Translations under genes and position numbers: made by a program
IMG/VR virus record: IMGVR_UViG_3300025896_000021
Source of the DNA: a virus
Taxonomy: Duplodnaviria > Heunggongvirae > Uroviricota > Caudoviricetes
Length of the DNA: 64,000 nt
Reading direction: 5' to 3' (one strand)
The notes under the pieces: model-generated
Database searches by the model: none
What the model saw: only the letters and a program-made list of their open reading frames with translations
Told to the model about the DNA's origin: nothing
Shown here: positions 39,047 through 48,802 of the stretch, piece by piece
Layout of the letters: every line of letters begins with the position of its first letter
How positions within the stretch are numbered: position 1 is the stretch's first letter

Positions 39047-39104
39047 AATTCCTTCCCGTAACGCAGACCTTAGTCTGCGCTCCCGAACAAGAAGATGTTT
39101 GTGC

Positions 39105-40301
39105 TTACTTGAATGTCAAGTTAGCAACATCGATTTCGCCTAGATAGTCTGCTGCATTACCGAAAGATGATGCAGTGTTTGTTAACTCAACATAACCGTA
39201 ACGAGTCATAAATGATACGACTGGTTCGAATGTTGATGGATCTAGAACAACGCCAGATGACATCAATGGGATGTAAGGGCAATAGAATGCCGCTGCATCT
39301 GTTTCTGATGTACCTTTGTAACCAACTAGAACAGCTTGGCTATCTGATGCATATGTGTTAACGAAAACACGCATAGCGCCATTCAATGTACCAACGAACT
39401 TAGTGTTAGTTGGAGCTTCGAAAGTTCCTTCTGTTGTACGAGCGAATGCTGATGTAGTTGCAGATTGCAATACAGTCAACACAGCAGGAGAAACAACAGC
39501 CCAGTTACCTGCGCCACGACGAGTGCGTTGAGCAATCTTGTTAGCAACACGGTTAATAAGAACAGCTAGAGCAGCGTGTTCGTCACCAACGAATGTAGCA
39601 GTACCAGATACAGCAGCTTGGTCGAATGTTTCTTCCAACGTAGCTAATGTGCTCAATGACAACAAGATTTCTTGGTCGATTTCAGCAGTAATTTCTTGAG
39701 CAAGCGCAGCCATGATTTCTGCTTCAACGTCAATACCATGTTGGGATTGTGCGTCTTGAGCAGCTTCAAATGTCCAGCGAGCTTGCAACTTACGTGACTT
39801 AGCTTCAACAGCTTGACGCAAGATTTGTACAGAGATTTGTTTACCGCCGTTACCTTCTAGAGCAGCAGTATTATTGCCAGTATAGATAGATGACGATGTA
39901 GAACCGTTTGTCTGTGTTGAGTAAGCCTGAGCAATTTTGAATGGGCTTAGAGCTTCTTCACCTGCTGACACGCTAGTTTGCGCTGTGCTGTTGTCTGTTA
40001 AAGACTGAGCATAACGTACACGTAGAGTGTGAATCTGACCTACTGGTCCTGTCATTGGCTGAACACCGACCAACTCGTTAGCGATAACTGTTGGCATAAC
40101 ACGACGGATAACTGGAAGAATCACACGATTTAACGTAGCGATGTTACCAGATGTTGTCGTACCGGCTGAAGATTCAGACAATAGCGATTTTTTGGTGTTT
40201 TCAAGAATAACACCCATTGTTGAGCGGCGTGTGCCTTTAAGACCTTCGAGTAGGGCTTCTTTAGTCTCATCCCAACGGCCTTCTAATAGAACTTGTGACA
40301 T
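39105..40301 (-). CDS. gp23: Major capsid protein (T4 gp23 family)
   Basis: 'RRVMP..IA..LVGVQPMTGPVGQI..LR', 'EAKSRKL.A.WT.E.AQD...HG.D.EAE', 'FYCPYIPL', 'TRYG'. Confidence 0.96.
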   Translation of the reverse strand: MSQVLLEGRWDETKEALLEGLKGTRRSTMGVILENTKKSLLSESSAGTTTSGNIATLNRVILPVIRRVMPTVIANELVGVQPMTGPVGQIHTLRVRYAQSLTDNSTAQTSVSAGEEALSPFKIAQAYSTQTNGSTSSSIYTGNNTAALEGNGGKQISVQILRQAVEAKSRKLQARWTFEAAQDAQSQHGIDVEAEIMAALAQEITAEIDQEILLSLSTLATLEETFDQAAVSGTATFVGDEHAALAVLINRVANKIAQRTRRGAGNWAVVSPAVLTVLQSATTSAFARTTEGTFEAPTNTKFVGTLNGAMRVFVNTYASDSQAVLVGYKGTSETDAAAFYCPYIPLMSSGVVLDPSTFEPVVSFMTRYGYVELTNTASSFGNAADYLGEIDVANLTFK

Positions 40302-40329
40302 TTTATGTTTCTCCTAAATTATGTCGTTT

Positions 40330-41430
40330 TTAAAGCCCTGCCAAACGTCTAAGGTCAATCACGTTATCACGCGGCTGATCTTCAACTTGTGTCATGGCAG
40401 ATTTATCACCGGTCATTGCTCTTACTGTCTCTGAAATCATAGGCTTTTTAGGGTCTTTCTTTTCATTGATGTTATTCAGCACTGCTGGTAAATACTTATC
40501 AAAAGCTGTCTGCAAACGTCCTGTTTGCACGCTTTCTAGTAAATCCCTCATTACGGTTGCTTTGTCCTGATTTAGAGAACCAAGCAATTCATTCATTGTC
40601 TTTTGACGGACATTGGATTCCTTAATGATACGGATTTCACGTTCTTTGTTTTCAACTAATTGCTTTGCAGCTTTCATTGTTTTAATGGATTCAGATAACT
40701 GAGCATCTTTTGCTTGAAGTTGGTTGTACAACTTACGTGTTTCAGCTTTTTCCTGTAAATGGGTTGTGCTGAATTCACTTGCGTAAGATTCAAAAATACG
40801 ACGACCAAAATCGTTTTCACGAGCGGTCTTGATATCTTCTTTCAATTGTCCTAGTTCACCCTTTAGATGTTTAGTAACAGCGACATTCATTCTTGTTGCA
40901 GATTCTGACACGAAACGTGTCTTCAATGCTTCAAGTTGTTTACGTCCTTCAGCAACTAACTTAACCTTTGCTTCGACCACAGCTTGTTTGTCTTGTGTGA
41001 ATTCTTTAATTTCACGTGAAAGAGCACGAACAACGAATTGTTCTAGCTTTTCTTGACTTTCTTTCTGGATCTTACGCTCTGTGCGTAGTTCTTTAATTTC
41101 TTCGGATAGTTTAGTAACCATGAAATTGTTGAACTTTGCTGCGTTTTCGTGTAGCTTACGCTTTGCGTTAACGCGGTCTTCATTCATTGCTTGTCTTTCA
41201 AACTGGAATTCTTCAATTTCAGTTGTAAGACCTTCTGTAACCATATTATCTAGGGCTTCTACCATTACGTTTTTGTCATGTTCATAACGTTGTGCGAATT
41301 CTTCTCGTAATTCAGCACGTACTTGCTCTTTGGCTTCATTCAATTTAGATTCCCATGCCTCGTTAATAGCGACACCGGTTTCTTCGTTGATTAATCCACT
41401 TTCAAGTAATGGTTTGATAGCATCTAACAT
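40330..41430 (-). CDS. gp22: Prohead core scaffold protein (gp22-like)
   Basis: Long coiled-coil E/K-rich ORF between gp21 and gp23. Confidence 0.85.
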   Translation of the reverse strand: MLDAIKPLLESGLINEETGVAINEAWESKLNEAKEQVRAELREEFAQRYEHDKNVMVEALDNMVTEGLTTEIEEFQFERQAMNEDRVNAKRKLHENAAKFNNFMVTKLSEEIKELRTERKIQKESQEKLEQFVVRALSREIKEFTQDKQAVVEAKVKLVAEGRKQLEALKTRFVSESATRMNVAVTKHLKGELGQLKEDIKTARENDFGRRIFESYASEFSTTHLQEKAETRKLYNQLQAKDAQLSESIKTMKAAKQLVENKEREIRIIKESNVRQKTMNELLGSLNQDKATVMRDLLESVQTGRLQTAFDKYLPAVLNNINEKKDPKKPMISETVRAMTGDKSAMTQVEDQPRDNVIDLRRLAGL

Positions 41431-41432
41431 GC

Positions 41433-42077
41433 TTAATCCCCTTTGTTGATTTTGAGGTCCTTGATAAGACGAAACATTTCATCTTTCAGGTATCTCTGTA
41501 CTTTCTTATCACTCTGAGCGTCTTTTGCAATATCCAATAATTTATGACCATGACGCATATTCATCATACCTTCATAAATCGCTTTCGGATAAGCATTAGG
41601 TGCGCTCGGTTGAGCAACAATATCCACAGTGACTATTTCGAAATCACTGACATGGCCATTAGCATCGTTAACGTTGCCGCTACCTCTGCTAGATACGCCT
41701 AGTTTAACACCACTCTCCAACATAGTAGACACTAATTGTCCCATCGGAGTCGGTAGAATCTTTAATTTACCAAATCCATTTGCACCATCCATCCACATTT
41801 GAGTAATCATATGTGATACACGGTCCAAATTGATTTTTAAATCGTCTGGGTGATCGACTTCACCTAGAACAGAATAACCACCTTGAACTTGTTCATTTAG
41901 AGCGTTAACAGCAGATTCAATTTCAGAAACAGGATACACACGCTCATTAGCGTTGCGTACCCCACCCTGAATGAATATCCCCTTCATATAAAGGGACTTC
42001 TTGTTACCTTCACCTTCACTTAAGACCTCCATGCTCGCACGGTCAAAAGTTAAGTGCTCTTTAAGATACAAAGCCAT
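41433..42077 (-). CDS. gp21: Prohead protease (gp21 family)
   Basis: 'GIFIQ...N.N.RVYP', 'GEVDHP', 'VSH', 'GVSSRGSG', 'D.V..PSAP.A'. Confidence 0.95.
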   Translation of the reverse strand: MALYLKEHLTFDRASMEVLSEGEGNKKSLYMKGIFIQGGVRNANERVYPVSEIESAVNALNEQVQGGYSVLGEVDHPDDLKINLDRVSHMITQMWMDGANGFGKLKILPTPMGQLVSTMLESGVKLGVSSRGSGNVNDANGHVSDFEIVTVDIVAQPSAPNAYPKAIYEGMMNMRHGHKLLDIAKDAQSDKKVQRYLKDEMFRLIKDLKINKGD

Positions 42078-42091
42078 TATCTTAGGTATCC

Positions 42092-42964
42092 TTACTTGAC
42101 AATCTTCTTAGCTACAGGACGCGCTAGAGGCTTCTTAACCATCTTACGTGACTCGCTAGTGATTGACTTTGAATTTACACCATTATCACCTTTTGCTGGC
42201 TTAGGAGCTGCTTCACCTTTTTCAGAGAAGTTACCTTTACCTGGAGCATTTTTGTAATTACCTGGAATGTCTTTTACTGCTGGGTTTAATAGTCCACCTT
42301 GTGTACCACCCTTGCCGCCGTCTGTACCACCTAAGTGATTAGCTTTAGCGCCATTTGACGGAATCTTTGGTCCATTGCTAGTTACGCTCTTAGTGTTAAC
42401 ACCGTTATCACCATGAGTTACTGAAACTTTTTGCAATTGAACAGCTTCCATCATACCTTGTTCTTCTTCTTCGCCGCCGAAGTCTTCTTCAGAACCTTCT
42501 TCGTCGCCAAAGTCTTCTTCGCCGCCGAAGTCTTCTTCACCACCGTCGCCGCCCATCATTTCTTCAAACTCGGCCATTAGTTCGTCTAGTTTGTCTTCTA
42601 GTTCAACTACGCGGTCTTCGATGTCGCCTTCAGGAGCTTCTTCGCCGTCCATGCTGTCATCCATATCGATATCAGCAAATTCGTCATCTTCTTCGGTCAT
42701 GCCTTGTTCTTCAGCATCGATCTCATCTAGCAATCCGCCGACTTCATCGCCTTGACCGCCTTCTTCGCCGAAGCCTTCTTCAAGTTCTTCTTCAGTACCT
42801 TCTTCAAGTTCTTCTTCAACGCCTTCTTCTAATTCTTCATCCATCATTGATTCATAGATTTCACGTGATTTTTCAACCACGATATCATGGAATAATGCTC
42901 TGGCTTGGTCTTCGTTCTCATTGATAATTAAATCGATAAGTTTTTCAAATTTTTTGTTGTCCAT
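42092..42964 (-). CDS. Acidic prohead core protein (gp67-like by position)
   Basis: Very acidic ORF with EELEEG/EEDFGG repeats, between the portal and protease genes. Confidence 0.65.
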   Translation of the reverse strand: MDNKKFEKLIDLIINENEDQARALFHDIVVEKSREIYESMMDEELEEGVEEELEEGTEEELEEGFGEEGGQGDEVGGLLDEIDAEEQGMTEEDDEFADIDMDDSMDGEEAPEGDIEDRVVELEDKLDELMAEFEEMMGGDGGEEDFGGEEDFGDEEGSEEDFGGEEEEQGMMEAVQLQKVSVTHGDNGVNTKSVTSNGPKIPSNGAKANHLGGTDGGKGGTQGGLLNPAVKDIPGNYKNAPGKGNFSEKGEAAPKPAKGDNGVNSKSITSESRKMVKKPLARPVAKKIVK

Positions 42965-43020
42965 CGTTTTGTCTCCTATAAGATAAATGGCTTTGTAATA
43001 ATTACTTAGTGTGTATCAAA

Positions 43021-43043
43021 GAAAAGAGCACATTAAGTGCTCA
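43021..43043 (-). terminator. Rho-independent terminator
   Basis: GAGCAC-TTAAT-GTGCTC followed by TTTTCTTT; same stem as the capsid-gene terminator. Confidence 0.7.
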
Positions 43044-43064
43044 TTTTTTGCGTTTTTAGTAGTA

Positions 43065-43295
43065 TTATAATGTTGGCGCAGCGCCTTCAGCTGGAGCTGG
43101 CGTATATTGCTTACGAATCTTCTTAAGATTCTGTACTTTTTCGTAGTTTCTCACGTCATTCATTTTACGTAGCTTACGAATTTGCTTTAGTGTTAATTTG
43201 GATTTGCGGGCTTGCTTCCACTTAGGTTTGCTGTTGTCTTCTTCAGCATCTTGGTACCCTTGTTTGGGCGCAGCGTACATTTCAAATAATCTCAT
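43065..43295 (-). CDS. Small basic prohead protein (gp68-like by position)
   Basis: MRLFEMY...LTLKQIRKLRKM. Start re-set to the ATG 5 nt after ATAAATA. Confidence 0.6.
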   Translation of the reverse strand: MRLFEMYAAPKQGYQDAEEDNSKPKWKQARKSKLTLKQIRKLRKMNDVRNYEKVQNLKKIRKQYTPAPAEGAAPTL

Positions 43296-43300
43296 TATAT

Positions 43301-43307
43301 TATTTAT
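43301..43307 (-). promoter_or_regulatory. gp55-type late promoter
   Basis: ATAAATA 5 nt before the ATG at 43295. Confidence 0.6.
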
Positions 43308-43313
43308 CAATTA

Positions 43314-45068
43314 TTACACAGGAGGTGCTGTAGCGCCACCCATACTAGACGGTGCGGCTACTGCCGGTGCCATCTCGCCGGGCATCTGTTCAGCACCTTC
43401 TTCTGGAGTATTCTCAATAGTCTCGGTGTCTGTTTCCAAATCACCTGAACTGATACCAATACTACGCAAGTCACTACTTGATGCTTCACTATCTTCTGGT
43501 TCTTCACGTTCTTCAAACCATAGACGTTGATTTTCTTCGATTTCTTCTTCAGTCAATCCTAAGAAGCGAGTCATAGCAAAACGCTTACTCATATAAGGAA
43601 ATGCTTCCATTGCTTGGAACACGGTTACACGTGCAGTATCTAGTTCACTCTGACGATATGCTGCAAAGTTTTGTGGTGCATTGAATTTGATATTGAATAA
43701 TGACGAATCAATGTTCAATCCTCTCCAACGCATAAACAATTTAAACTCATCGTTTAGCTTTTGGCTGATATACTTCTGTAGTCGTTCACAATATTGATTG
43801 AAACGAAACTCTTGAATCATTGCTGTACCAACACGTCCATCACTCATGGGGGTCGGGCTATCTTCTGGGCCTTGCGGCAAATAGCTACTTGGCACTCGTA
43901 GTCCACGAGCTAACCTATTGTTGAAGTAGCGCAAGTCATCAATCTGTCCTAAGTTGTCACCACCGGGTAGTGTAGTAACGTCAGAGCCACGGCCATCAGC
44001 AGTAACAGGGAAGAAGTAATCTTCGTTAATGCTTAATGGGTTGTATGTTGCATCCATTGTAGCTTGTCCACCTTGAATAGATGGAATTCTACGTTGGTGA
44101 ATTTCATTTTTGATACGGTCAACGAATGCCATAGCCATGTGACTTGGCATGTTACCAACGTCAATCTTAAAGACTCGACGCTCAGGAGCACGTTGGATAC
44201 GATATATAAGAATCGCATCTTCTAATAATTCTTTTTGCTTGTATACTTTGAAAATGTTTTCAAGTACTGACTGACCAAACGGCCAATAACGGTCTAAGCC
44301 TTCTGTCAAACTCAAGTGAACAACGTGCTTTGCATCAATTGCTGACTCGTTCATATTCAAAGTAAATCTGCTGCCGCTGTTGCCAGAACTACCAGCACTA
44401 TTTGGAACACTGTACGCAGTAGCTGCATTATAGCCACCTGAACCTTGCTGCGTCATAAAGTCTGTTGTAGTCTTTTCAGCGATACTTAGATTCTGTAAGT
44501 TAACGTTAATGTCTTTAACAACATATTGCTCTGGCTTCTTGCCTTCAGATTCGTTAACAATGACCTTGACTAACTTGGTCATATCAACCCAGTATAGTTT
44601 AAAGTTTTCTGGATCACGAATGAAAATCTGATCTCCATACTTGATACTATTGCGGAAGATTTTGAATGTTCGTGTATCAAACTCATTGAGTTTACACCAT
44701 TGTTGCAATTGCTTTTTGATCAATTCAACTTCATGGGGTGTTGGATCTTCGCTGAATTCAATTTCAAACGGTGTACCATTTTGATCATTCTTCTGGGTAC
44801 TGAACTCAGCAATGATGTCCAAACATGCGTTAATTTCAGCATCAACGTCCATCATTTCATATTGGTTGTATCGTTCAATACGATTTGGGTGACCAGTATA
44901 TACTTCTGGTAAGCGACTTTGATAGTTTTTGTAACCAAAGTCGTTATTGTTGTAGTTACCAGATGCTGTAGTTTCGCTATTCCAAGCGCCGCGGTTGCTG
45001 TTAGCCCCTGAAATAGGGCTGACGGTACCTGTTACATTAGGTGCTTGAAAGCGTTTTTTATAAGACAT
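43314..45068 (-). CDS. gp20: Portal protein (gp20 family)
   Basis: 'LLEDAILIYRIQRAPERRVFKIDVGNMP', 'EDYFFP...GRGSDVTTLPGG.NLG.IDD..YF'. Confidence 0.96.
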   Translation of the reverse strand: MSYKKRFQAPNVTGTVSPISGANSNRGAWNSETTASGNYNNNDFGYKNYQSRLPEVYTGHPNRIERYNQYEMMDVDAEINACLDIIAEFSTQKNDQNGTPFEIEFSEDPTPHEVELIKKQLQQWCKLNEFDTRTFKIFRNSIKYGDQIFIRDPENFKLYWVDMTKLVKVIVNESEGKKPEQYVVKDINVNLQNLSIAEKTTTDFMTQQGSGGYNAATAYSVPNSAGSSGNSGSRFTLNMNESAIDAKHVVHLSLTEGLDRYWPFGQSVLENIFKVYKQKELLEDAILIYRIQRAPERRVFKIDVGNMPSHMAMAFVDRIKNEIHQRRIPSIQGGQATMDATYNPLSINEDYFFPVTADGRGSDVTTLPGGDNLGQIDDLRYFNNRLARGLRVPSSYLPQGPEDSPTPMSDGRVGTAMIQEFRFNQYCERLQKYISQKLNDEFKLFMRWRGLNIDSSLFNIKFNAPQNFAAYRQSELDTARVTVFQAMEAFPYMSKRFAMTRFLGLTEEEIEENQRLWFEEREEPEDSEASSSDLRSIGISSGDLETDTETIENTPEEGAEQMPGEMAPAVAAPSSMGGATAPPV

Positions 45069-45076
45069 AGTGTATA

Positions 45077-45083
45077 TATTTAT
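45077..45083 (-). promoter_or_regulatory. gp55-type late promoter (portal gene)
   Basis: ATAAATA 8 nt before the ATG at 45068. Confidence 0.6.
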
Positions 45084-45086
45084 CTG

Positions 45087-47864
45087 TTATGCTTTAGCGT
45101 ATGTTAATAAGTTGCTAAGAGTGCTATTAGAGGTGTCTAAATGAGCAATCATGTCATCAAATTTTTGAGTCATCATTTCCATCATTCTTTCTATACCATC
45201 AGAATTAGATTGTGATGCAGGTGCTGCATCAGGTGATGAAGTCTTATTCAATCCCATATCAGCTAACACTTCTCGCTTGTAGTCTTCAATACTAGATTTT
45301 TGAACTTCATCTAGTAGTCCTTTTAGCTTCTTTTCTGGCCAGACACTTTCAGGATCATCTTGTTTACCATGAAGCATGACAGGATAACCTGCATTGGGGC
45401 CGCTGAATGCTCCACCTTGTTTAGCTACTTCTACGTGAAAATGTCCACCCTTAGTATTTTCATTTTTGTCAGCATAGTATTCATCTAAGACTTTAGATCC
45501 GCCTAAGTCTCTCAGTGATTCTTTAATAGTGGCTGCTTCTTCTGCATTCTTTGGTATTTTACCAACCGGAAGTGTAAAATCTAATGCTTTACCAGTAGTA
45601 TGCTTACTGCCTGGGCGCTCTTTTTTATGGAATGCATCATTCAATGACGTGAATGTACTTCCGGGAAACGCTTCCTGAATCTTTTCAGCTATAGCTAGCA
45701 ATGCAGGATCGGCATTTCCACCAGCAGTAGCTTGGCCACCTTGGCCGCCTTTTAAATTCAATTTATTTAGAATTTCTTCTGTTCTACCGGCGCCGGCAGC
45801 TGGTAGAGCGGCCGCTGCTTGTGCACGGGCGGCTTGCTTTTCCGGCGAAGCAGGTGCGGCCGCTTCGCCTCCACCTGCTGTTTTACCAGTTGCTGCTTCT
45901 CCTGCCGCCCCGCCAGTAGTAAATCCTAGTTTTAATTTTTCTTTCGCTAGCTTCTGAAGTTTTTCTTCTTCAATCGCTAATTTTTGCTGCTTCTCTAATA
46001 GCATTTTTTGCTTTTCTGCTACGATAGCAGTAGTATCAGCTTTGGAACCACCAGCAGATAGTTGCTGATTTAAATCCATTAATGATCGTTTAGCTTTAGC
46101 TATTTCAGCAGCATGTTCTTTGGCAAGAGTTATGTCTTTGATTTTTCCTTGCTCTCGTTGCATGTCAGAAATCTGCTGCTCTTTTTGGCGCATCTGTGCT
46201 CTGATATCAGCAATGCTTTTCTCTTTATCCGATGAGTTAGCTGTCATTGCAGCAATTTCTTTTTTCGATGTTTCGATTTCTGCAACCAGTGACGCTTTTT
46301 CCGCTGCTGCTGTTTTCATGTCCGCTGCATTGTCACCTAAATCTCTAAATGATTCAGACCAATTAGTAGCTGTCATTCCAAACATACCGGTGCCAGTAAG
46401 ACCGTCGATAAACTTAGCCATAGACTTGCCTAAACCAAACACAACATCATTTAACTTTTGAAATACAGTAATCGTAGCACCCGCTACATCAGTTAGTGTT
46501 TTATCTGCTATGATACGAGCTTGACGAGTTTGCTGTTCAAGTGTAAGATTCTTATTAAGTAAGTCTCCGCCTTTTTTCTGAGTGTCTGCTAAATTGCCAG
46601 CAACATCAATATTCTTTTTATTCTGAATAGAGTATGCAGCATTAATCTGTTCATATTCTCCGGTCATCGTAGCTAAACCTTTGCCAGCTACCATGAATGA
46701 CGGCCCCAGTTGATCCATATTGCGTCTGACTCCGGCCGCCGTATCGCTCAATCCTTCTTGCATAGTAACTTGACCTTTGGCTACTTTTTCAGCCATCTCA
46801 AATGCTTTACCTTGTGTTGACATATGAGCTTTAACACTAGCTTCACCTACGATTGCACCTTTATTGACAATCTGTTCCATCAATCCAGCTGCAGCCTCTT
46901 TACCAAACGTTTTTTCATACGTAGCCATGTACGCTTGTAAACGTCTAGCTTCATCTCCTTTGCCTTCCATTTCCATCCGGCGCAAATCCATTGAAAATCT
47001 AGCATCAGCTTGTTGCTGATCCATTAATTTCTGAGCTTCATCTCTACTCATGCCAGTAAGTTCACCTAACTCGCGTAAAGTAACCATATACTTCACTGAT
47101 TCATCACGTAACTGATCTGTTGTTTTGGTTTGAGCTAATCCTAACTTAGATTGTTTGGCTATATAATCAGAAGTTGCATCACGCATTTCTTCTGCACCGT
47201 AGCCAATACGACCCATTGCAATTTCGATTTGATTGTTGGGACCAATAAGACCCTGAACAACTCCAATTAATTTGTCTTTACCAGCAGATACGCTTCCGCC
47301 AAAGTTAGCTAAGTCAGGTGCCACCTTCTTAAGCATAGAGCCAAATTTAGCTGCGTCTTCTGTAGTTAATCCCACTTTATTAAAGTCAGATTGTAGTTTT
47401 TCTAAACTACCCGATACTGAGCCTACATCTGATAGTTCTCTGTATGACTTCATCAGTTGGTCGTTTTGCTTTAAGCTAGCACCAACTAACATTCCAAATG
47501 CTTTAATTACTCCACCGACGATTATGCCCAATGGTCCAAACGATGCAAGCATAGTAGTTGCAGCATTGCCGGCTGCATCAGCAGCGCCTTGGACAGCGCC
47601 CGAATACTTACCTAACCCTTCGCCGCCGGTTGCCATAGCGCGGCCATAATCTACCGCAGAACTACCTATCGATAACGCAAGAGTCTGTAATGCATCTTTT
47701 GTTTTCTTTGATGCAGCTTCAACATCTTTGGACGCTTGCTCTTGTGCAGCAGCATAATCATTTGTTGATTTTGAGGCTACGTCTTGAGCCCGCGCATGGT
47801 CGTTTGCTGCAATTGCAGCAGCAGTGAATGCTCGTACTAGGTCGTCTTGATTTAAATCTGCCAT
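45087..47864 (-). CDS. Tape-measure-like tail protein with C-terminal M15-type Zn peptidase
   Basis: Long Ala/Gln/Lys-rich helical body, a hydrophobic stretch (GPLGIIVGGVIKAFGMLVG), and 'SKHTTGKALD...HFH'. Confidence 0.7.
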   Translation of the reverse strand: MADLNQDDLVRAFTAAAIAANDHARAQDVASKSTNDYAAAQEQASKDVEAASKKTKDALQTLALSIGSSAVDYGRAMATGGEGLGKYSGAVQGAADAAGNAATTMLASFGPLGIIVGGVIKAFGMLVGASLKQNDQLMKSYRELSDVGSVSGSLEKLQSDFNKVGLTTEDAAKFGSMLKKVAPDLANFGGSVSAGKDKLIGVVQGLIGPNNQIEIAMGRIGYGAEEMRDATSDYIAKQSKLGLAQTKTTDQLRDESVKYMVTLRELGELTGMSRDEAQKLMDQQQADARFSMDLRRMEMEGKGDEARRLQAYMATYEKTFGKEAAAGLMEQIVNKGAIVGEASVKAHMSTQGKAFEMAEKVAKGQVTMQEGLSDTAAGVRRNMDQLGPSFMVAGKGLATMTGEYEQINAAYSIQNKKNIDVAGNLADTQKKGGDLLNKNLTLEQQTRQARIIADKTLTDVAGATITVFQKLNDVVFGLGKSMAKFIDGLTGTGMFGMTATNWSESFRDLGDNAADMKTAAAEKASLVAEIETSKKEIAAMTANSSDKEKSIADIRAQMRQKEQQISDMQREQGKIKDITLAKEHAAEIAKAKRSLMDLNQQLSAGGSKADTTAIVAEKQKMLLEKQQKLAIEEEKLQKLAKEKLKLGFTTGGAAGEAATGKTAGGGEAAAPASPEKQAARAQAAAALPAAGAGRTEEILNKLNLKGGQGGQATAGGNADPALLAIAEKIQEAFPGSTFTSLNDAFHKKERPGSKHTTGKALDFTLPVGKIPKNAEEAATIKESLRDLGGSKVLDEYYADKNENTKGGHFHVEVAKQGGAFSGPNAGYPVMLHGKQDDPESVWPEKKLKGLLDEVQKSSIEDYKREVLADMGLNKTSSPDAAPASQSNSDGIERMMEMMTQKFDDMIAHLDTSNSTLSNLLTYAKA

Positions 47865-47876
47865 ATGTTAAGTTCT

Positions 47877-47904
47877 TATAAATATTGGGTAACATTGTAT
47901 TTAG
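47877..47904. promoter_or_regulatory. Face-to-face pair of gp55-type late promoters
   Basis: TATAAATA on + (47877-47884) and CTAAATA on - (47898-47904). Confidence 0.65.
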
Positions 47905-47939
47905 TGTTACCAAAACACTCAATTTAATAGGAAATCATC

Positions 47940-48767
47940 ATGCTTCAAGAAAATCCACTCAAACAATACTTCCGTAGACCAGCATTGTACTTGTCTCTCC
48001 CTAGCAAAGGAATAGGATACGCTCCGGGTATTATAGATTTTCCAGAGAACCATGAATTACCAATTTATCCTATGACCGCGATTGACGAGATTACTAGTCG
48101 TACACCTGATGCATTATATAACGGCTTAGCTGTTGTTGAAATTATCAAAAGCTGTGTACCTTCTATCAAAAAACCATGGGAACTACTTAACATTGACTTA
48201 GACCCTATCTTAGTTGCAATCAAAATGGCTACAAATGGACAGACTATGGAACTAGAATCCGTATGTCCAAAATGTGAAGAAACTAGCAAGTACGATATCA
48301 ATCTCAGTGGAATATTAGGTAGCTTCAAGCCAGGTGATTATTCATCAGCATTAGAAGTAAACGGATTGAAAGTCAAATTTAGACCCTCTACCTATCAAGA
48401 AGTGAATAAAGCAAGCACCAGTCAGTTTGAAATTCAACGTTTACTCAACTCGTTTGATGGAATTACTGATTCAGACGAAAGAACAAAGAAGACTGCGGAA
48501 GTGATCAAAACAATTAATGAATTGACCATTGATCTAGTTACTAGCGCAATTGAATACATCAAGACTCCAGATAGTACCGTACTAGACAAAGATTTCATTC
48601 GTGAATTCTTAGTTAGCTGTGACAAGAATACTCACAATACTATCAAAGAACGACACATTGAATTGAGAAAGAGTACTGAACTTAAGCCATTAGATGTAAA
48701 GTGTACGCATTGCAGCCATGAGTACACTCAGCAATTCAATATCAATATTTCTGATTTTTTCGCATAA
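47940..48767 (+). CDS. gp26: Baseplate hub/tail assembly chaperone (T4 gp26-like)
   Basis: 'NPLKQYFRRP..Y..LPS', 'PMTAIDEI', two CxxC motifs, ends 'SDFFA'. Confidence 0.75.
   Translation: MLQENPLKQYFRRPALYLSLPSKGIGYAPGIIDFPENHELPIYPMTAIDEITSRTPDALYNGLAVVEIIKSCVPSIKKPWELLNIDLDPILVAIKMATNGQTMELESVCPKCEETSKYDINLSGILGSFKPGDYSSALEVNGLKVKFRPSTYQEVNKASTSQFEIQRLLNSFDGITDSDERTKKTAEVIKTINELTIDLVTSAIEYIKTPDSTVLDKDFIREFLVSCDKNTHNTIKERHIELRKSTELKPLDVKCTHCSHEYTQQFNINISDFFA
48755..48761 (+). other. Candidate -1 ribosomal frameshift heptamer T_TTT_TTC
   Basis: The -1 frame is open from 48755 into ORF 48803-48991 and is closed by TGA at 48752-48754. Confidence 0.6.
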
Positions 48768-48802
48768 GGCTTCTTCTCCTTGGTTCCGAGGAGATTAAGC
48801 AG

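Noticed and set aside
185-39143. Many plus-strand ORFs rich in V/L/P/T/A (e.g. 21018-22091, 29822-31267, 26496-27347)
   Set aside because: Antisense shadows of the repeat-rich minus-strand genes. They lack RBS or promoter context and simply mirror the GGT/AAC/ACT codon bias.
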